DNA of 64,000 bases, from NCBI GenBank assembly GCA_963705255.1, contig OY970061.1, positions 928,001 through 992,000 of the forward strand. The letters are read 5' to 3'. The first letter of the stretch is position 1, and each line of letters starts with the position of its first letter. Below, one piece after another: positions 10,774 to 21,587 of this stretch. Under the pieces are notes generated by a model that saw only the letters and a program-made list of their open reading frames with translations, was not told the origin of the DNA and searched no databases. Origin of the DNA: an uncultured Methanoregulaceae archaeon. GTDB lineage: Archaea; Halobacteriota; Methanomicrobia; Methanomicrobiales; Methanospirillaceae. A program made the translations under genes and the position numbers.

Positions 10774-11514
10774 ATGCTGCTCAAGGATAAAAATATAATA
10801 ATCACGGGTTCTGCACGCGGAATCGGGAACGTCATACTTGAAACATTTGCCGCAAACGGGGCAAATGTTTGGGCTTGTGCACGTACGAAGACCGAAGAAT
10901 TTGAAGACAATGCACATGCGCTTTCTGAGAAATATCATGTGGAGATCTGGCCGGTCTATTTTGACCTGGTGGATCATGATCAGTTGAAGACCGCGGTAAA
11001 ATCAATTACTTCCGCAAAACGAACAGTTGATGCCCTTGTGAATAATGCCGGAGTGACATATAATGCATTGTTTCTCATGTCGCCCATAACAAAGATGCAT
11101 GAAGTATTTGAGGTAAATTTTTTTTCACCATTCGTATTCACACAATATATTGCTAAAACGATGATTCGGCAAAAAAAAGGGAGTATAATTAATATTTCCT
11201 CATCCGCAGGTATTGATGGTAATGCAGGTCGTTCTGTTTATGGTGCCAGCAAAGCAGCCGTTATTTGTGCAACAAAGGCAATGGCGGCAGAACTTGGCGA
11301 ATTCGGAGTGCGAGTAAATTCCATTGCACCCGGCATAACCCAGACGTCCATGATCTCCAGTATGACGGATAAAGTGATACAGGATACCATCCTTCAGACC
11401 GATATGAAACGTATTGGCAATCCTCATGATATTGCAAATACTGCTCTTTTTCTGGCATCAGATAAGTCATCATATTTGACCGGGCAAGTAATACGGGTGG
11501 ATGGCGGACTATAA
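10774..11514 (+). CDS. FabG-like SDR oxidoreductase 2 (tandem paralog)
   Basis: TGSARGIG, NNAG, YGASK, LTGQVIRVDGG. Confidence 0.9.
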   Translation: MLLKDKNIIITGSARGIGNVILETFAANGANVWACARTKTEEFEDNAHALSEKYHVEIWPVYFDLVDHDQLKTAVKSITSAKRTVDALVNNAGVTYNALFLMSPITKMHEVFEVNFFSPFVFTQYIAKTMIRQKKGSIINISSSAGIDGNAGRSVYGASKAAVICATKAMAAELGEFGVRVNSIAPGITQTSMISSMTDKVIQDTILQTDMKRIGNPHDIANTALFLASDKSSYLTGQVIRVDGGL

Positions 11515-11532
11515 TTTTTCTTTGTGTTAAAT

Positions 11533-12360
11533 ATGACTTCGAAAAACCAGATTATACAAAATATTGAGAAAATGGCAAACCGGATGCGCAAAAATGCGCT
11601 GGACCTAGCATTATCTGCAGGTAACAATGGTGCGCATCTTGGTTCAGGTTTGTCGATAATAGAAATAATGGCGGTTCTTTATGGGGGGATCATGAAAATC
11701 GATCCGAAAAATCCCCGCTGGGGGGAGAGGGACCGGTTTATTCTCAGTAAAGGGCACGGCACCTTGGGGTATTATACTGCCTTGGCTGAGGCGGGACTCA
11801 TCTCCTTTGAGGAACTTTCAACGTTCGAAAAAAACGGGGGATTTCTGCCAGGCCAGCCTGTCATGAATATGGATAAGGGCATTGAATTTTCAAGCGGCAG
11901 CCTAGGCCATGGCCTTTCACTGGGTGTAGGTGTGGCATTAGCTGGAAAGAAACGCGGCCAGAGTTATAAGGTTTATGTCTTAATGGGAGACGGGGAGTGT
12001 AATGAGGGATCAGTATGGGAAGCAGCGATGGCCGCAAAACATTATAAACTCTCAAACCTTGTCGCGATAATCGATGGAAATGACATGCAGTCAGATGGTG
12101 CAAGGTGTGATATTATGGCGGCAGACTATGAGACAATCTGGAAAGGGTTTGGCTGGGACGTCGCCACGGTAGATGGGCATAATGTGAGCAGTATATATGA
12201 AACTTTCCGTGCTGGTACAAGGACTGATATCCCCCGGGTAATTATTGCCAGGACCGTGAAAGGGAAGGGGGTTTCATTTATGGAATGCAATAACGAATGG
12301 CATCACAACCGGCTGACACAAGCTCAGTACGACGCGGCGATTAAGGAACTTGGTCCCTGA
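11533..12360 (+). CDS. Transketolase-like, N-terminal (ThDP-binding) subunit
   Basis: LSKGH, SGSLGHGL, GDGECNEG ThDP motif, TVKGKG. Confidence 0.93.
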   Translation: MTSKNQIIQNIEKMANRMRKNALDLALSAGNNGAHLGSGLSIIEIMAVLYGGIMKIDPKNPRWGERDRFILSKGHGTLGYYTALAEAGLISFEELSTFEKNGGFLPGQPVMNMDKGIEFSSGSLGHGLSLGVGVALAGKKRGQSYKVYVLMGDGECNEGSVWEAAMAAKHYKLSNLVAIIDGNDMQSDGARCDIMAADYETIWKGFGWDVATVDGHNVSSIYETFRAGTRTDIPRVIIARTVKGKGVSFMECNNEWHHNRLTQAQYDAAIKELGP

Positions 12361-12372
12361 AACGAGCTTACT

Positions 12373-13356
12373 ATGATTCAAATTAATTCATTGAATGCAA
12401 GATTATGGTCGAAATTGGGACAGCAGGGAACATTCGGCATTACGATGCTTGAATTAGGGAGGGATCTAGAGAACCTGATTGTACTTTCGGCAGATTTATG
12501 TTTAACCTCCGGATTAGATCGTTTCCGTTTACAATTTCCTGAAAAATTTTTGAATGTGGGAATCGCTGAACAAAATCTGGTAGGTATCTCTGCGGGACTT
12601 GCAAAAGAGGGCTATATCGTTTTTGCCACAACCTTTGCGAATTTTGCCGCTATGCGCAGTTACGAACAGGTGCGGCTGAACATGGGATATATGGGTTTAA
12701 ATATTAAACTGGTGGGTCTTGGAAGCGGCTTTGCCATGGGAATGTTTGGCAACACGCACTATGGTATTGAAGACGTTGCGTTAATGCGTGCAATACCGGG
12801 GCTTTGTATACTCTCTCCTTCCGATTGTACGGAAGTTGTGAAAGCTACTCAAGCTGTTGCCAAGTATCCCCGTCCGATATATCTGAGACTCACCGGCATT
12901 CTGAACAACCCAATCGTTAATAAAGAAGATTACCCGTTTGAAATCGGGAAGGCGATTCCGCTGAAAAGTGGTTCGGATATTGCAATTATCGCTACAGGGT
13001 CGATGGTATATCATTCTCTCGTTGCAGCTAAACTGCTTGAATCCAAAGGAATCTCTGCTGCTGTCATCAACATGCATACGATAAAACCGCTCGATACTGA
13101 AATAATAAATGCTGCATGCAGGGACGTGAAACTTATCGTAACCGTGGAAGAACATACTGTCATCGGAGGTCTGGGGGGAGCGGTCGCGGAATATTTGAGT
13201 GGTAAGCCCCCGGGTCCTCGTCAACTTACCATCGGTGTTCCTGATGCATTTCAAAAAGCCGGGAATTATCAGTACCTGCTTGAACAAAATGGTCTCACCG
13301 GCCCGCAAATCGCTGAGAGAATGAGCTCCACTTTCAATATCCTTGTCAAATCCTGA
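12373..13356 (+). CDS. Transketolase-like, C-terminal subunit
   Basis: LSADL, GIAEQN, THYGIED, TVEEH, GGLG. Confidence 0.93.
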   Translation: MIQINSLNARLWSKLGQQGTFGITMLELGRDLENLIVLSADLCLTSGLDRFRLQFPEKFLNVGIAEQNLVGISAGLAKEGYIVFATTFANFAAMRSYEQVRLNMGYMGLNIKLVGLGSGFAMGMFGNTHYGIEDVALMRAIPGLCILSPSDCTEVVKATQAVAKYPRPIYLRLTGILNNPIVNKEDYPFEIGKAIPLKSGSDIAIIATGSMVYHSLVAAKLLESKGISAAVINMHTIKPLDTEIINAACRDVKLIVTVEEHTVIGGLGGAVAEYLSGKPPGPRQLTIGVPDAFQKAGNYQYLLEQNGLTGPQIAERMSSTFNILVKS

Positions 13357-13529
13357 AAAATCTCAAATCAGTGTACACAGCTGTTGTCCGGTTTTGGTTT
13401 CATCGGAGAGATTTAAATATAACGTTCCTGATACAATCGTGAAATCCCAGACTTGATGCAACTAAATATATGTCTGTTGAAACTCCATTTAATAACCTGT
13501 AAAATTTTTAATTGAAATGGATGAATCAT

Positions 13530-14592
13530 ATGCATAGATATACCCTTGGCCTTTTTTCCAACATGTTTCCACCTGAGCCTCCAAGGAGGCAAAGCGGGGT
13601 GATCCTAACCGATACCACCCGGGGAATATTTGTTAAAAGAATGGTGGATGATCTCGTTCAGCACGATGTTATCGTAAAAATGGCCGTAAAAAAAAGCGGG
13701 TCTCTTACAGGTTATGTTCCATTCATCTATCAGTCCTTAATGCTGGTGCACGATAGCGATGTCGATATTATGCAGGCCGAATATATTCCCCACAGTGGTG
13801 TGGTACCAGCATTATTTAAAAGAAAAAACTGCCCACTCGGTACTGAAATTCCATGGGGACGATGCACGGATCTTCCCGTTCAAAAATTCATTTTTCATGT
13901 CAGTGACCCGTGCGATGATCCGTCGATCGGATTATATCCTGACATCCAGCGAAGAGTTACGATCAATCCTTATTTCAATCGGGGCGCACCCTGAAAAAAC
14001 TTCTGCCGTTCATACGGGTGTGGATACGAATTTTTTCCGGCCCGCCCCAAAGGAACCTCTTCGAAAGGATCTCGGTCTGCCTCCGGAGGACCCGGTCTTT
14101 CTCTTTATTGGGAGGCTGCATCCTTGGAAAGGGATCAATGAACTGATCAGCGTTGCGGGTATGTGCAGAGAATTCCGGTTCGTGTTCATTGGACCGGGGG
14201 CCATCCCCCCCCATCCGGAAAACTGCATATTTCTCGGTTCGAAATCCCCAGAAGAGGTCAGGATGTGGTATAATATATCTGACTGTCTTCTCCTTCCCTC
14301 ATATACGGAGGGATTCCCCACGGTCATCATGGAGGCATTCGCTTGTGGTATACCCGCTATTGCGACTTACGTTGGAGGTTGCCCGGAACTTGTGGAGCCA
14401 GAAAAGACGGGGTTGCTTGTTCCTGCTCGTGATGTTCCGGCGCTTCACGGAGCGGTGCAGTGGGTTGGAACGCATGCCGATGAGCGGATTCGGATGGGGA
14501 TTGCGGCAAGGGCCGTAGCAGAGGAGCGGTTCGATCACACCATAATGGTGCAAAAACTTATTGGCATCCACGAGAGTCTCATCCGGAAATGA
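13530..14592 (+). CDS. Glycosyltransferase family 4 (frameshift ~13840)
   Basis: FIGRLHPWKG, PSYTEGFPTVIMEAFACGIP GT-B motif; N-terminal half in 13512..13994. Confidence 0.88.
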
Positions 14593-14827
14593 CAATGTTT
14601 TACGGATGCCGCATGATGTCCTGACCTGAGATCTGATACTGCAGAAAAAAGTGTCGATGTATTGGCGTTCCCCGGACCAGACCACCTGTTCGAATGGCCG
14701 GAGTCGTACCGGAAACGCCGCCCCGGGTAATGGCTCCCGGGTAATTGAGGGGTTCAGGTAATCCACAGGGATCGTCCCCGTGAGAGTACCCCTGAGCATG
14801 TTCCGACAAGAATCGCGCAATCTCTGT

Positions 14828-15030
14828 GCAATTTCTACAGGGAGACCGGTGGTGATCTCTTCAACAAAATAGGGTCTTCTTATTGAGACTGACAATCCTT
14901 TGGATCTATCCAACTCAATGCAATGTACCTTTGAAAAAACATGGGATCAGGAGGCAATTGTTGCATATTCAGAACAATTTACCTAGAAACGGCTCTGCGA
15001 GAAGATCAATGCAATATACCAGTCTGCAGG
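14828..15030 (+). pseudogene. Relic of a GT4 glycosyltransferase C-terminus
   Basis: Manual translation: AISTGRPVVISSTK*GLLIETDNPLDLSNSMQCTFEKTWDQEAIVAYSEQFT*KRLCEKINAIY, matching the GT4 tail pattern, with in-frame TAG stops. Confidence 0.65.
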
Positions 15031-15160
15031 ACGAACCTCTCGTTTGGTTTACACGAATGCGAGAGGTAATGTGCTGAACAAAACCAAGGAATGCAATAAT
15101 GTGGACAGCAGGGGAGATCCTGGAGAATTCACTACGATAAGAATAAGAAAGTACAAGTAA

Positions 15161-16091
15161 TCAGCGATGGCTATACCAGTCAAGTGTTTTTGCCAGTCCC
15201 TGTTTTATTGAATATTCCGGGGCAAATTTTAATTTCGAACGTGCCCTGCTGACATCGGCAACGGAATGAAGGATGTCCCCTTTCCTCGGAGGAAGATAGT
15301 GCGGATCCAATGTGGAGCCGGTCAAATCGCGGAGCAAACCGACGAGTACGTTGAGAGAAATCTGTTCCCCTCCCGCGATGTTAAAAATTCCTTCAATACT
15401 GCTCTCCATACCCAGAATGTTTGCCCGGACCACGTCATCGATAAAAACAAAGTCCCGGGTTTGTTGTCCATCACCGAAAATGACCGTGGACTCGTTGTTC
15501 AGCATGCGGATGATAAACTTGGGAATTACTGCAGCATATTCGGAATGGGGATCCTGACGGTCACCAAACACATTGAAATAACGCAGGCAGAGGGTGGGCA
15601 GACCATACAGGGACGAAAAAACGCTGCAATAGTATTCACCGGTAATTTTTGTTATTGCATAGGGGGAGAGTGGGGCCGGGGGCATATCCTCTCTTTTGGG
15701 TAACGCAGGGCTGTCCCCGTATACAGCAGCGGATGAGGCAAACACCACTTTTTTTATTCCACTATCCCGAGCGGCAAGAAGGATGTTTAACGTACCAGGT
15801 ACTGTTCACCTCATGCGTGTGTACAGGATCTCTGAGGGATTGTTGTACTGATGTAATTGCAGCCTCATGAAAAACCCCGTCCGCACCGCTGAACGTGTTT
15901 TTCAAAAGAACCGGGTCGGTCACACTCCCGCTCACAAAAGTGACGGCGCCTGAATTGTGGAGCATGAGGATATTCTCTAGTGTGCCACTGGACAGATCGT
16001 CAATAATTACTACTTCATCGCCCCGTTGTGCTAAAAAATCCACGATATGGGAACCGATAAATCCGCAGCCACCGGTTATAACATACTTCAT
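15161..16091 (-). CDS. NAD-dependent epimerase/dehydratase (GalE/WbpP-like), frameshift ~15790
   Basis: TGGCGFIGSH, ASSAAVYG, YAITK, RYFNVFG, TRDFV. Confidence 0.9.
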
Positions 16092-16225
16092 GGAAAATCC
16101 TTCTGTGGATGAAATGAATATAGGATGTATCAGGATAAAAAAACCGGTTGTACCGTGTCCTGATATTTCCATAAAAATAGAGAGATGTCATGAATATAAC
16201 AGAGTAATGCAGTGCAAACACTATT

Positions 16226-17221
16226 TTATAGGATAGCATTGAGGGATTCAAGCGATCCCTTCTCAATATCGGACAACAATGGTCTGATCGCAATGAAGGC
16301 TTGTATAGTTTCCCGGAAATAACTCAGGTTTCTTCTGTATCGGATCGAAAGGATGAAAGAAGCTGCCATAAACTCTGCGACAAAGATGTGATAATACCAT
16401 GATCTGAGATTCGATTTACCGGAAAACAAGGTTTGCGCATAGCGCCGGTACCCGAACCGCATCATGAGGGCGCTATGGGACGGGAGGCGCCCGACAGGGG
16501 AAGTACGGTGCATCAGCCTTGCGTTATACACAAGGGCTAGTTTTTTCCCGCGTTCATACAGCATATGGGAAAAGATCAGATCTTCACCCAGCGCATAGCG
16601 GGTCAGTTGTTCATCAAAGCGCCATCCTTCAGAAAAGATAGTAGTGCGGTATGCCATATTGCACCCGCTTAACCATTGGGCTGGAACACGTGATGCCCCG
16701 CTTTTTAAAAAGAGCGGACCCATCGCTTCAGCAGTACGGGTGACCCGGGGTATAAAAAATGTCGCCGGTACCAGTACCGGATTAACCAATCCGACGAAAG
16801 CCAGAAAAAGTTTTTTTGGATGGAACCGATCACTATATTCATTGGTAATAAGCCCCGAAATACCTGATAGATCTGGATTGTCATTTAAGACTTCGCAGAT
16901 ATTGTGGATATAACCGTTATCAAGGGTCACGTCATCATCAAGAAAGATAACTATTTCCGTCCCATCCCGGAGATTTCTGATGCCGGTGTTCCGGGCGGCG
17001 GGAAGCCCGGAATGAGGTTGCTCCGTGTGGATGTACCGGGTTGTAACGACAGCCGCAATGGGGTGGGTTTCCAGGAGTTCCCGTGTTTCATCATCAGGGC
17101 TGTCGTCCACTACGATCAGAGAGCCGGGGAGACGGGACTGCGCCAAAAGGGAGACAAGTGTAGTCTCCAGATCCCGGGGACGGTTTTTGGTACAGATAAT
17201 TACAGCGCAGGTAGAACACAT
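16226..17221 (-). CDS. Glycosyltransferase family 2
   Basis: IICTKNR, VVDDS, ARNTG, FLDDD, GCNMAYR, GED. Confidence 0.9.
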   Translation of the reverse strand: MCSTCAVIICTKNRPRDLETTLVSLLAQSRLPGSLIVVDDSPDDETRELLETHPIAAVVTTRYIHTEQPHSGLPAARNTGIRNLRDGTEIVIFLDDDVTLDNGYIHNICEVLNDNPDLSGISGLITNEYSDRFHPKKLFLAFVGLVNPVLVPATFFIPRVTRTAEAMGPLFLKSGASRVPAQWLSGCNMAYRTTIFSEGWRFDEQLTRYALGEDLIFSHMLYERGKKLALVYNARLMHRTSPVGRLPSHSALMMRFGYRRYAQTLFSGKSNLRSWYYHIFVAEFMAASFILSIRYRRNLSYFRETIQAFIAIRPLLSDIEKGSLESLNAIL

Positions 17222-17489
17222 GGGGCATCAGCGTAAGACCGCATAGTGAGGTACTCACCACATATGACGGGTCATGGATGAATATACATTATTCAGATAT
17301 TTATCTAATATTTTGCTGGAAGCACGTACCGGGATTTCAAAAATGACCCGGTTTTTTGTGGATCTGAATAGATTATAAGAGCGGGAATCACAAGGCTTTC
17401 AATTTCCTTTTAAACGCCATCCGGAAGAACCCGTGAGAATACGATGGGATCAATTTCTGAGGATGTTAAGTAATTCCTTGGGTTATAGA

Positions 17490-18110
17490 TCAGATACGCA
17501 GCCATGATTCCGGGATGAAATCGATCGTATTGATAGTAGGATCGTTGAACCAGTGTGCCAGTGCAATGACTATTCTTTGGGGGTTCGTGCACAGCCGCGC
17601 ATCCCACACCAGCGGAATGAGCTGTTTGCAATAATATGGTGCCGGCAAAAGCTCATGAGCCGCATATCCTCGTGATCTTTATCCGATCCGTTGAAATAGG
17701 CAAAGATTGTGGGATGACCGGTCTCTATGTTTTCGCGAACCTAGGGGGATCATCTGAAAAATGGAAAAAATGAGGTTATTATATGCCGGATCGCGTTTTG
17801 GTAATAATCGATAACTGTTCAAGTTTCATGAAATGTGTGCATCTTTTGATTTGATGTGCAATCTCTCCCTCAGTACAACGGAGATTTACGGCTTTAATAG
17901 TTTTTCAGGAGTGTCGATCATATCTATATTCTTTTCATCAAAAAAAGATTTGATCTAAAAATTCTACCAGATGATCGGTTCGATTCTTTTGAAATATTAT
18001 TTGCTCTGCCAGACTCCTTGAAAGTAAGTCATGTTTTTCCGATTTTGAGGTGGTTTAGATCATAACGGAACTGCCTCTTTTACTATGCCTCTTCTGTAAT
18101 AGGGTTTGAG
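17490..18110 (-). pseudogene. Decayed second copy of GT11 alpha-1,2-fucosyltransferase
   Basis: Manual translation gives PYYRRGIVKE..YFQGVWQSK*YFKRIE..PHFFHFSDDP..DHEDMRLMSFCRHHIIANSSF..LCTNPQRIVIA..WFN..FIPESWLRI*, collinear with the gene at 21588-22465, with several stops and shifts. Confidence 0.85.
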
Positions 18111-18253
18111 ATAACTTGGAAAGGACATCATCCTACCGGATATTCTCTGAATTTCGCCAGGCAAGGATTCGGCAATCACTTCACCTTTTGTGATTTCTAC
18201 CCAAGTCAAATATGCATACTATTATTGCCCTAATGGATAAAAATGTGTAAATC

Positions 18254-19345
18254 ATGATTTCAATTATTCTCGGGACCCGCCCTGAAATTATAAAAATGTC
18301 CCCGATAATCCGTGCCTGCCAGCAGGAAAAAGCCCCTTTTTTCATCCTTCATAGTGGTCAGCACTATAGTTACGAAATGGACCGTGCATTTTTTAAGGAT
18401 CTGCACTTGCCCGAGCCAACCTATAACCTTGATGTCGGATCTGGAAGCCATGCGGTTCAGACGGCCCGGATCATGACAGGAATCGAAGATGTGCTGCACA
18501 AAGAAAATCCTGACATTGTGCTGGTTCAGGGAGATACAAATACGGTCCTGGGGGGATCCCTTGCAGCATCAAAAATTCACACCCCAGTTGGGCATGTAGA
18601 AGCAGGCTTGCGGAGTTTTGACCGAAGAATGCCGGAAGAAATTAACCGCATTGTATCTGATCATATTGCCGATATACTGTTTGCACCGACAAGACAGGCT
18701 TATAATAACCTGATTCATGAGGGAATTCATGAGAATTCCATTTTTATTACCGGTAATACGATTGTTGATGCAGTCCGGCAGAATCTAGTGATTGCAGAAA
18801 GCGCCACGGATATTTTAAGACAGTTTGATCTCAGGAAAAACCAATATCTGCTCGTCACACTTCACCGGACCGAAAATGTGGACAATCGCACGAACCTTGA
18901 AGAGATCATCCACGGACTTATCCTGCTCGAGAAACATTTATGTATGCCTGTAGTCTTTCCCGTCCATCCGCGAACCCGCAAGATGCTTGAGTCCTTCGGT
19001 ATTAGTACCGGAAATATCCATTTGATCAATCCGTTGGGATTTATGGAGTTTCTCCAGCTGGAAGCGCATGCCCGGATTGTGCTCACAGATTCCGGGGGAG
19101 TTCAGGAAGAGACCTGCATACTCGGGGTGCCGTGCGTCACCATTCGTAAAAATACCGAACGGCCGGAAACAATCGATGTTGGATCTAATATGCTCTCTGG
19201 GATCTCATCGGAAAAAATTGTTGAATCTGCTAAAAAAATGGAGTCCGTTCATCGGGACTGGAAAAATCCATTCGGAGATGGAATGACGGGAAAACGTATT
19301 ATAGATCTTATTCTAGAACGGTATGAAAACGTCACAACTGCATGA
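18254..19345 (+). CDS. wecB: UDP-N-acetylglucosamine 2-epimerase (non-hydrolysing)
   Basis: GTRPEIIK, GQHY, VQGDTNT, HVEAGLRS, PEEINR, TDSGGVQEE, TERPE. Confidence 0.96.
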   Translation: MISIILGTRPEIIKMSPIIRACQQEKAPFFILHSGQHYSYEMDRAFFKDLHLPEPTYNLDVGSGSHAVQTARIMTGIEDVLHKENPDIVLVQGDTNTVLGGSLAASKIHTPVGHVEAGLRSFDRRMPEEINRIVSDHIADILFAPTRQAYNNLIHEGIHENSIFITGNTIVDAVRQNLVIAESATDILRQFDLRKNQYLLVTLHRTENVDNRTNLEEIIHGLILLEKHLCMPVVFPVHPRTRKMLESFGISTGNIHLINPLGFMEFLQLEAHARIVLTDSGGVQEETCILGVPCVTIRKNTERPETIDVGSNMLSGISSEKIVESAKKMESVHRDWKNPFGDGMTGKRIIDLILERYENVTTA

Positions 19346-19399
19346 TAGGCGCAAAATTTTTTCCTGTATACTATTTCAGGTTCTTATCACAATAAGTTG

Positions 19400-21086
19400 T
19401 CACGATTCCCGGTGATATCCCTCGATCAGCTGCTGAATATAATGTAATTCCTGTTCATACCAGGAAGCAGATAGTGTGGGAGAGAACCACGATTCTTTGA
19501 ACAGTTTGCTAGCCGCAATAAGATCATGCACGAGCTGATCATCGAACTGCTCATGCATTCGGTTGACCCAATAATTATAATCGTATCCTGCATCCGAGAC
19601 TTCCCGTCGTTCAGTTGACAATGCCCGCGTGCTCAGGGCAAAATGAAAGATCAGCCCGGATATGTTCTGGCCAAACGTGCCATCATTCGGAGTGACCCCG
19701 ATATCAGCTCGTCAGAGGAATGTTAAACTTTGGACCGAACGCATTGATATCAATGAAGTGATTAGCAGCTACTCCATTATCTTCACATCCCGGAAAATAC
19801 GGATATCTCTTGTTAAGAAATGATAATCTAAGAAAATCTTTCCCTTTACGATAAATTTTATTTAAAATGCTACTTCGATTAGGACAATCCCGGGTAAATC
19901 CGATTGATTCAGATACCACTTTAGCGAGTGTACTGTTCATGACACGGTAAAGATTGTTGGTACAACTGAACCATTGATTATCATATAATCCACCATATGT
20001 GACATACCCTTCATAAGGTTGCCACCAGTTCTGACTACGTATCCTGTGGATATAACAACTTGACAATCCTGTATCCAGACCGACAGAACTGCAATTATAT
20101 TTTTCCTGTAGCCATATGGGAAAGGAAAACCAGTCCGGGGAAATTGGTATAATATCCGCATCGATCATGGCGACGTATTGTTCCTGGATAATACCGACCC
20201 CATGGTCCAGCAGATATCCAACGTCAGCATCATCCTTTTTTGATTTCCTGTATACTTGGTGGAACTGGATTGAAGAATCATTTCTGAAATAATCCTGTGC
20301 TTTCTCGTAACTCCCGTCATCACTGGAATCATCGATGACATAGGTAGTCTCGGTTAAGGTGGGGTTTTTGTTTTTTTGGATATTCTCAATACATATTTTT
20401 AAGAAAGGCCAACTGTTCCAGTGAGGGATAATGATCCCGACTGACTTGGGGGAATCCCGGGAGTCGATAGTAAAACCGAGGACACGAATATGATCATATT
20501 CGGGTCGTTTTTTTTGATGATATTGTTTCAGTACTTTATGGGAGGAATGCAACGCGTCTGTGGGGAGGAGGGGAGTTTTAATATTTAAAAACTTTTCAAG
20601 TTTCCGTAATTTTACAAGAGGTAAACCAAGTTTGTCGCTAATATCTAGCGTAACCAGTACCCGGTATTTTGCTATCCGTATCATCTCTTTGAGCACTTCG
20701 AACGTGTGAGGCATTTCCTCTATCGCCGAGATGCTGAATACATAATCAAAAGTATTGTTTTCAACAGGTATATTTGCGGCATCTGCAATAATCAGCCGAT
20801 CTTCTGGCCATTTTCCCAGATGGAGGGGGTGATTGAGATTATTTAAATCACGATTGTCAACCGAGTGGGAATTCGGAAAATTTTTGAAGAGAATGTCCGG
20901 ATAGGTTCCGCCAATATCCAAACTTCGCTCTCTTGAAGGAATTTTACTGCATAAATAAGGGTATTCCCAAATACGCTGCCAGAAACCTTGAGGCAATGGA
21001 TTTTCTTTATTCCATTTTTTCCAGAATGGCAAATCTAAATCACGCAAATTTGCCCAGCGAATGTCTGTTACGACCCAGTCTTTCAT
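19400..21086 (-). CDS. Class I SAM methyltransferase-like plus GT2 fusion protein (frameshift ~19705)
   Basis: RIWEYP, LDIGG, FDYVFSISAIE then IIIPHWN, VIDDSS, MIDAD. Frame continues SYIGVTPNDG...LSTERRE into 19400..19621. Confidence 0.72.
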
Positions 21087-21587
21087 TTACTTTTCCTAAT
21101 CAAATATTCACAGAAGGGAATAATAAGGTTCGCTTTTTAATAGGTGGGGGTCTGGATCATTGCTAATGCGCACCAAATATGCAATGTTTCTCGATCTGAG
21201 TTCTCTTATAATAAAATTGAAAAACTCGTTCCCAAATGAGAAATAGTGAATGATCTGTGTTTGTTTGTCGCTTGTTAATTTCATACAAATTCTGTAGGGA
21301 ATGAAATCTTACTTGCATTCAGAACTGCATTCTTTCACAACATATTTTGAATAACTTTTTTAAATTGCATTGACAATATGCAATTTTTACCACATTTGGC
21401 TCTATAAACCACTCCTGGATCCACCGGCTATAACGATAACATGACTAAAGAATATATCCAAATCGTTGCTCGATTTTTGGTATTGGTGATTACCGCAATT
21501 TTAAAGGCGCCAATGCATTTTCTTGATTTACACAAATATCATTCGATTTCTCGCTTGTTACTTAAAAATCGCTATATCCCCTTAAAT

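Noticed and set aside
5379-11514. Complete fatty acid synthase or PKS
   Set aside because: No ketosynthase, malonyl transferase, dehydratase or enoyl reductase is seen.
14828-18110. Pyrrolysine readthrough of in-frame TAG codons
   Set aside because: The TAGs occur in truncated relics, and the GT11 relic also has TAA stops and frameshifts; no pyl genes are seen.
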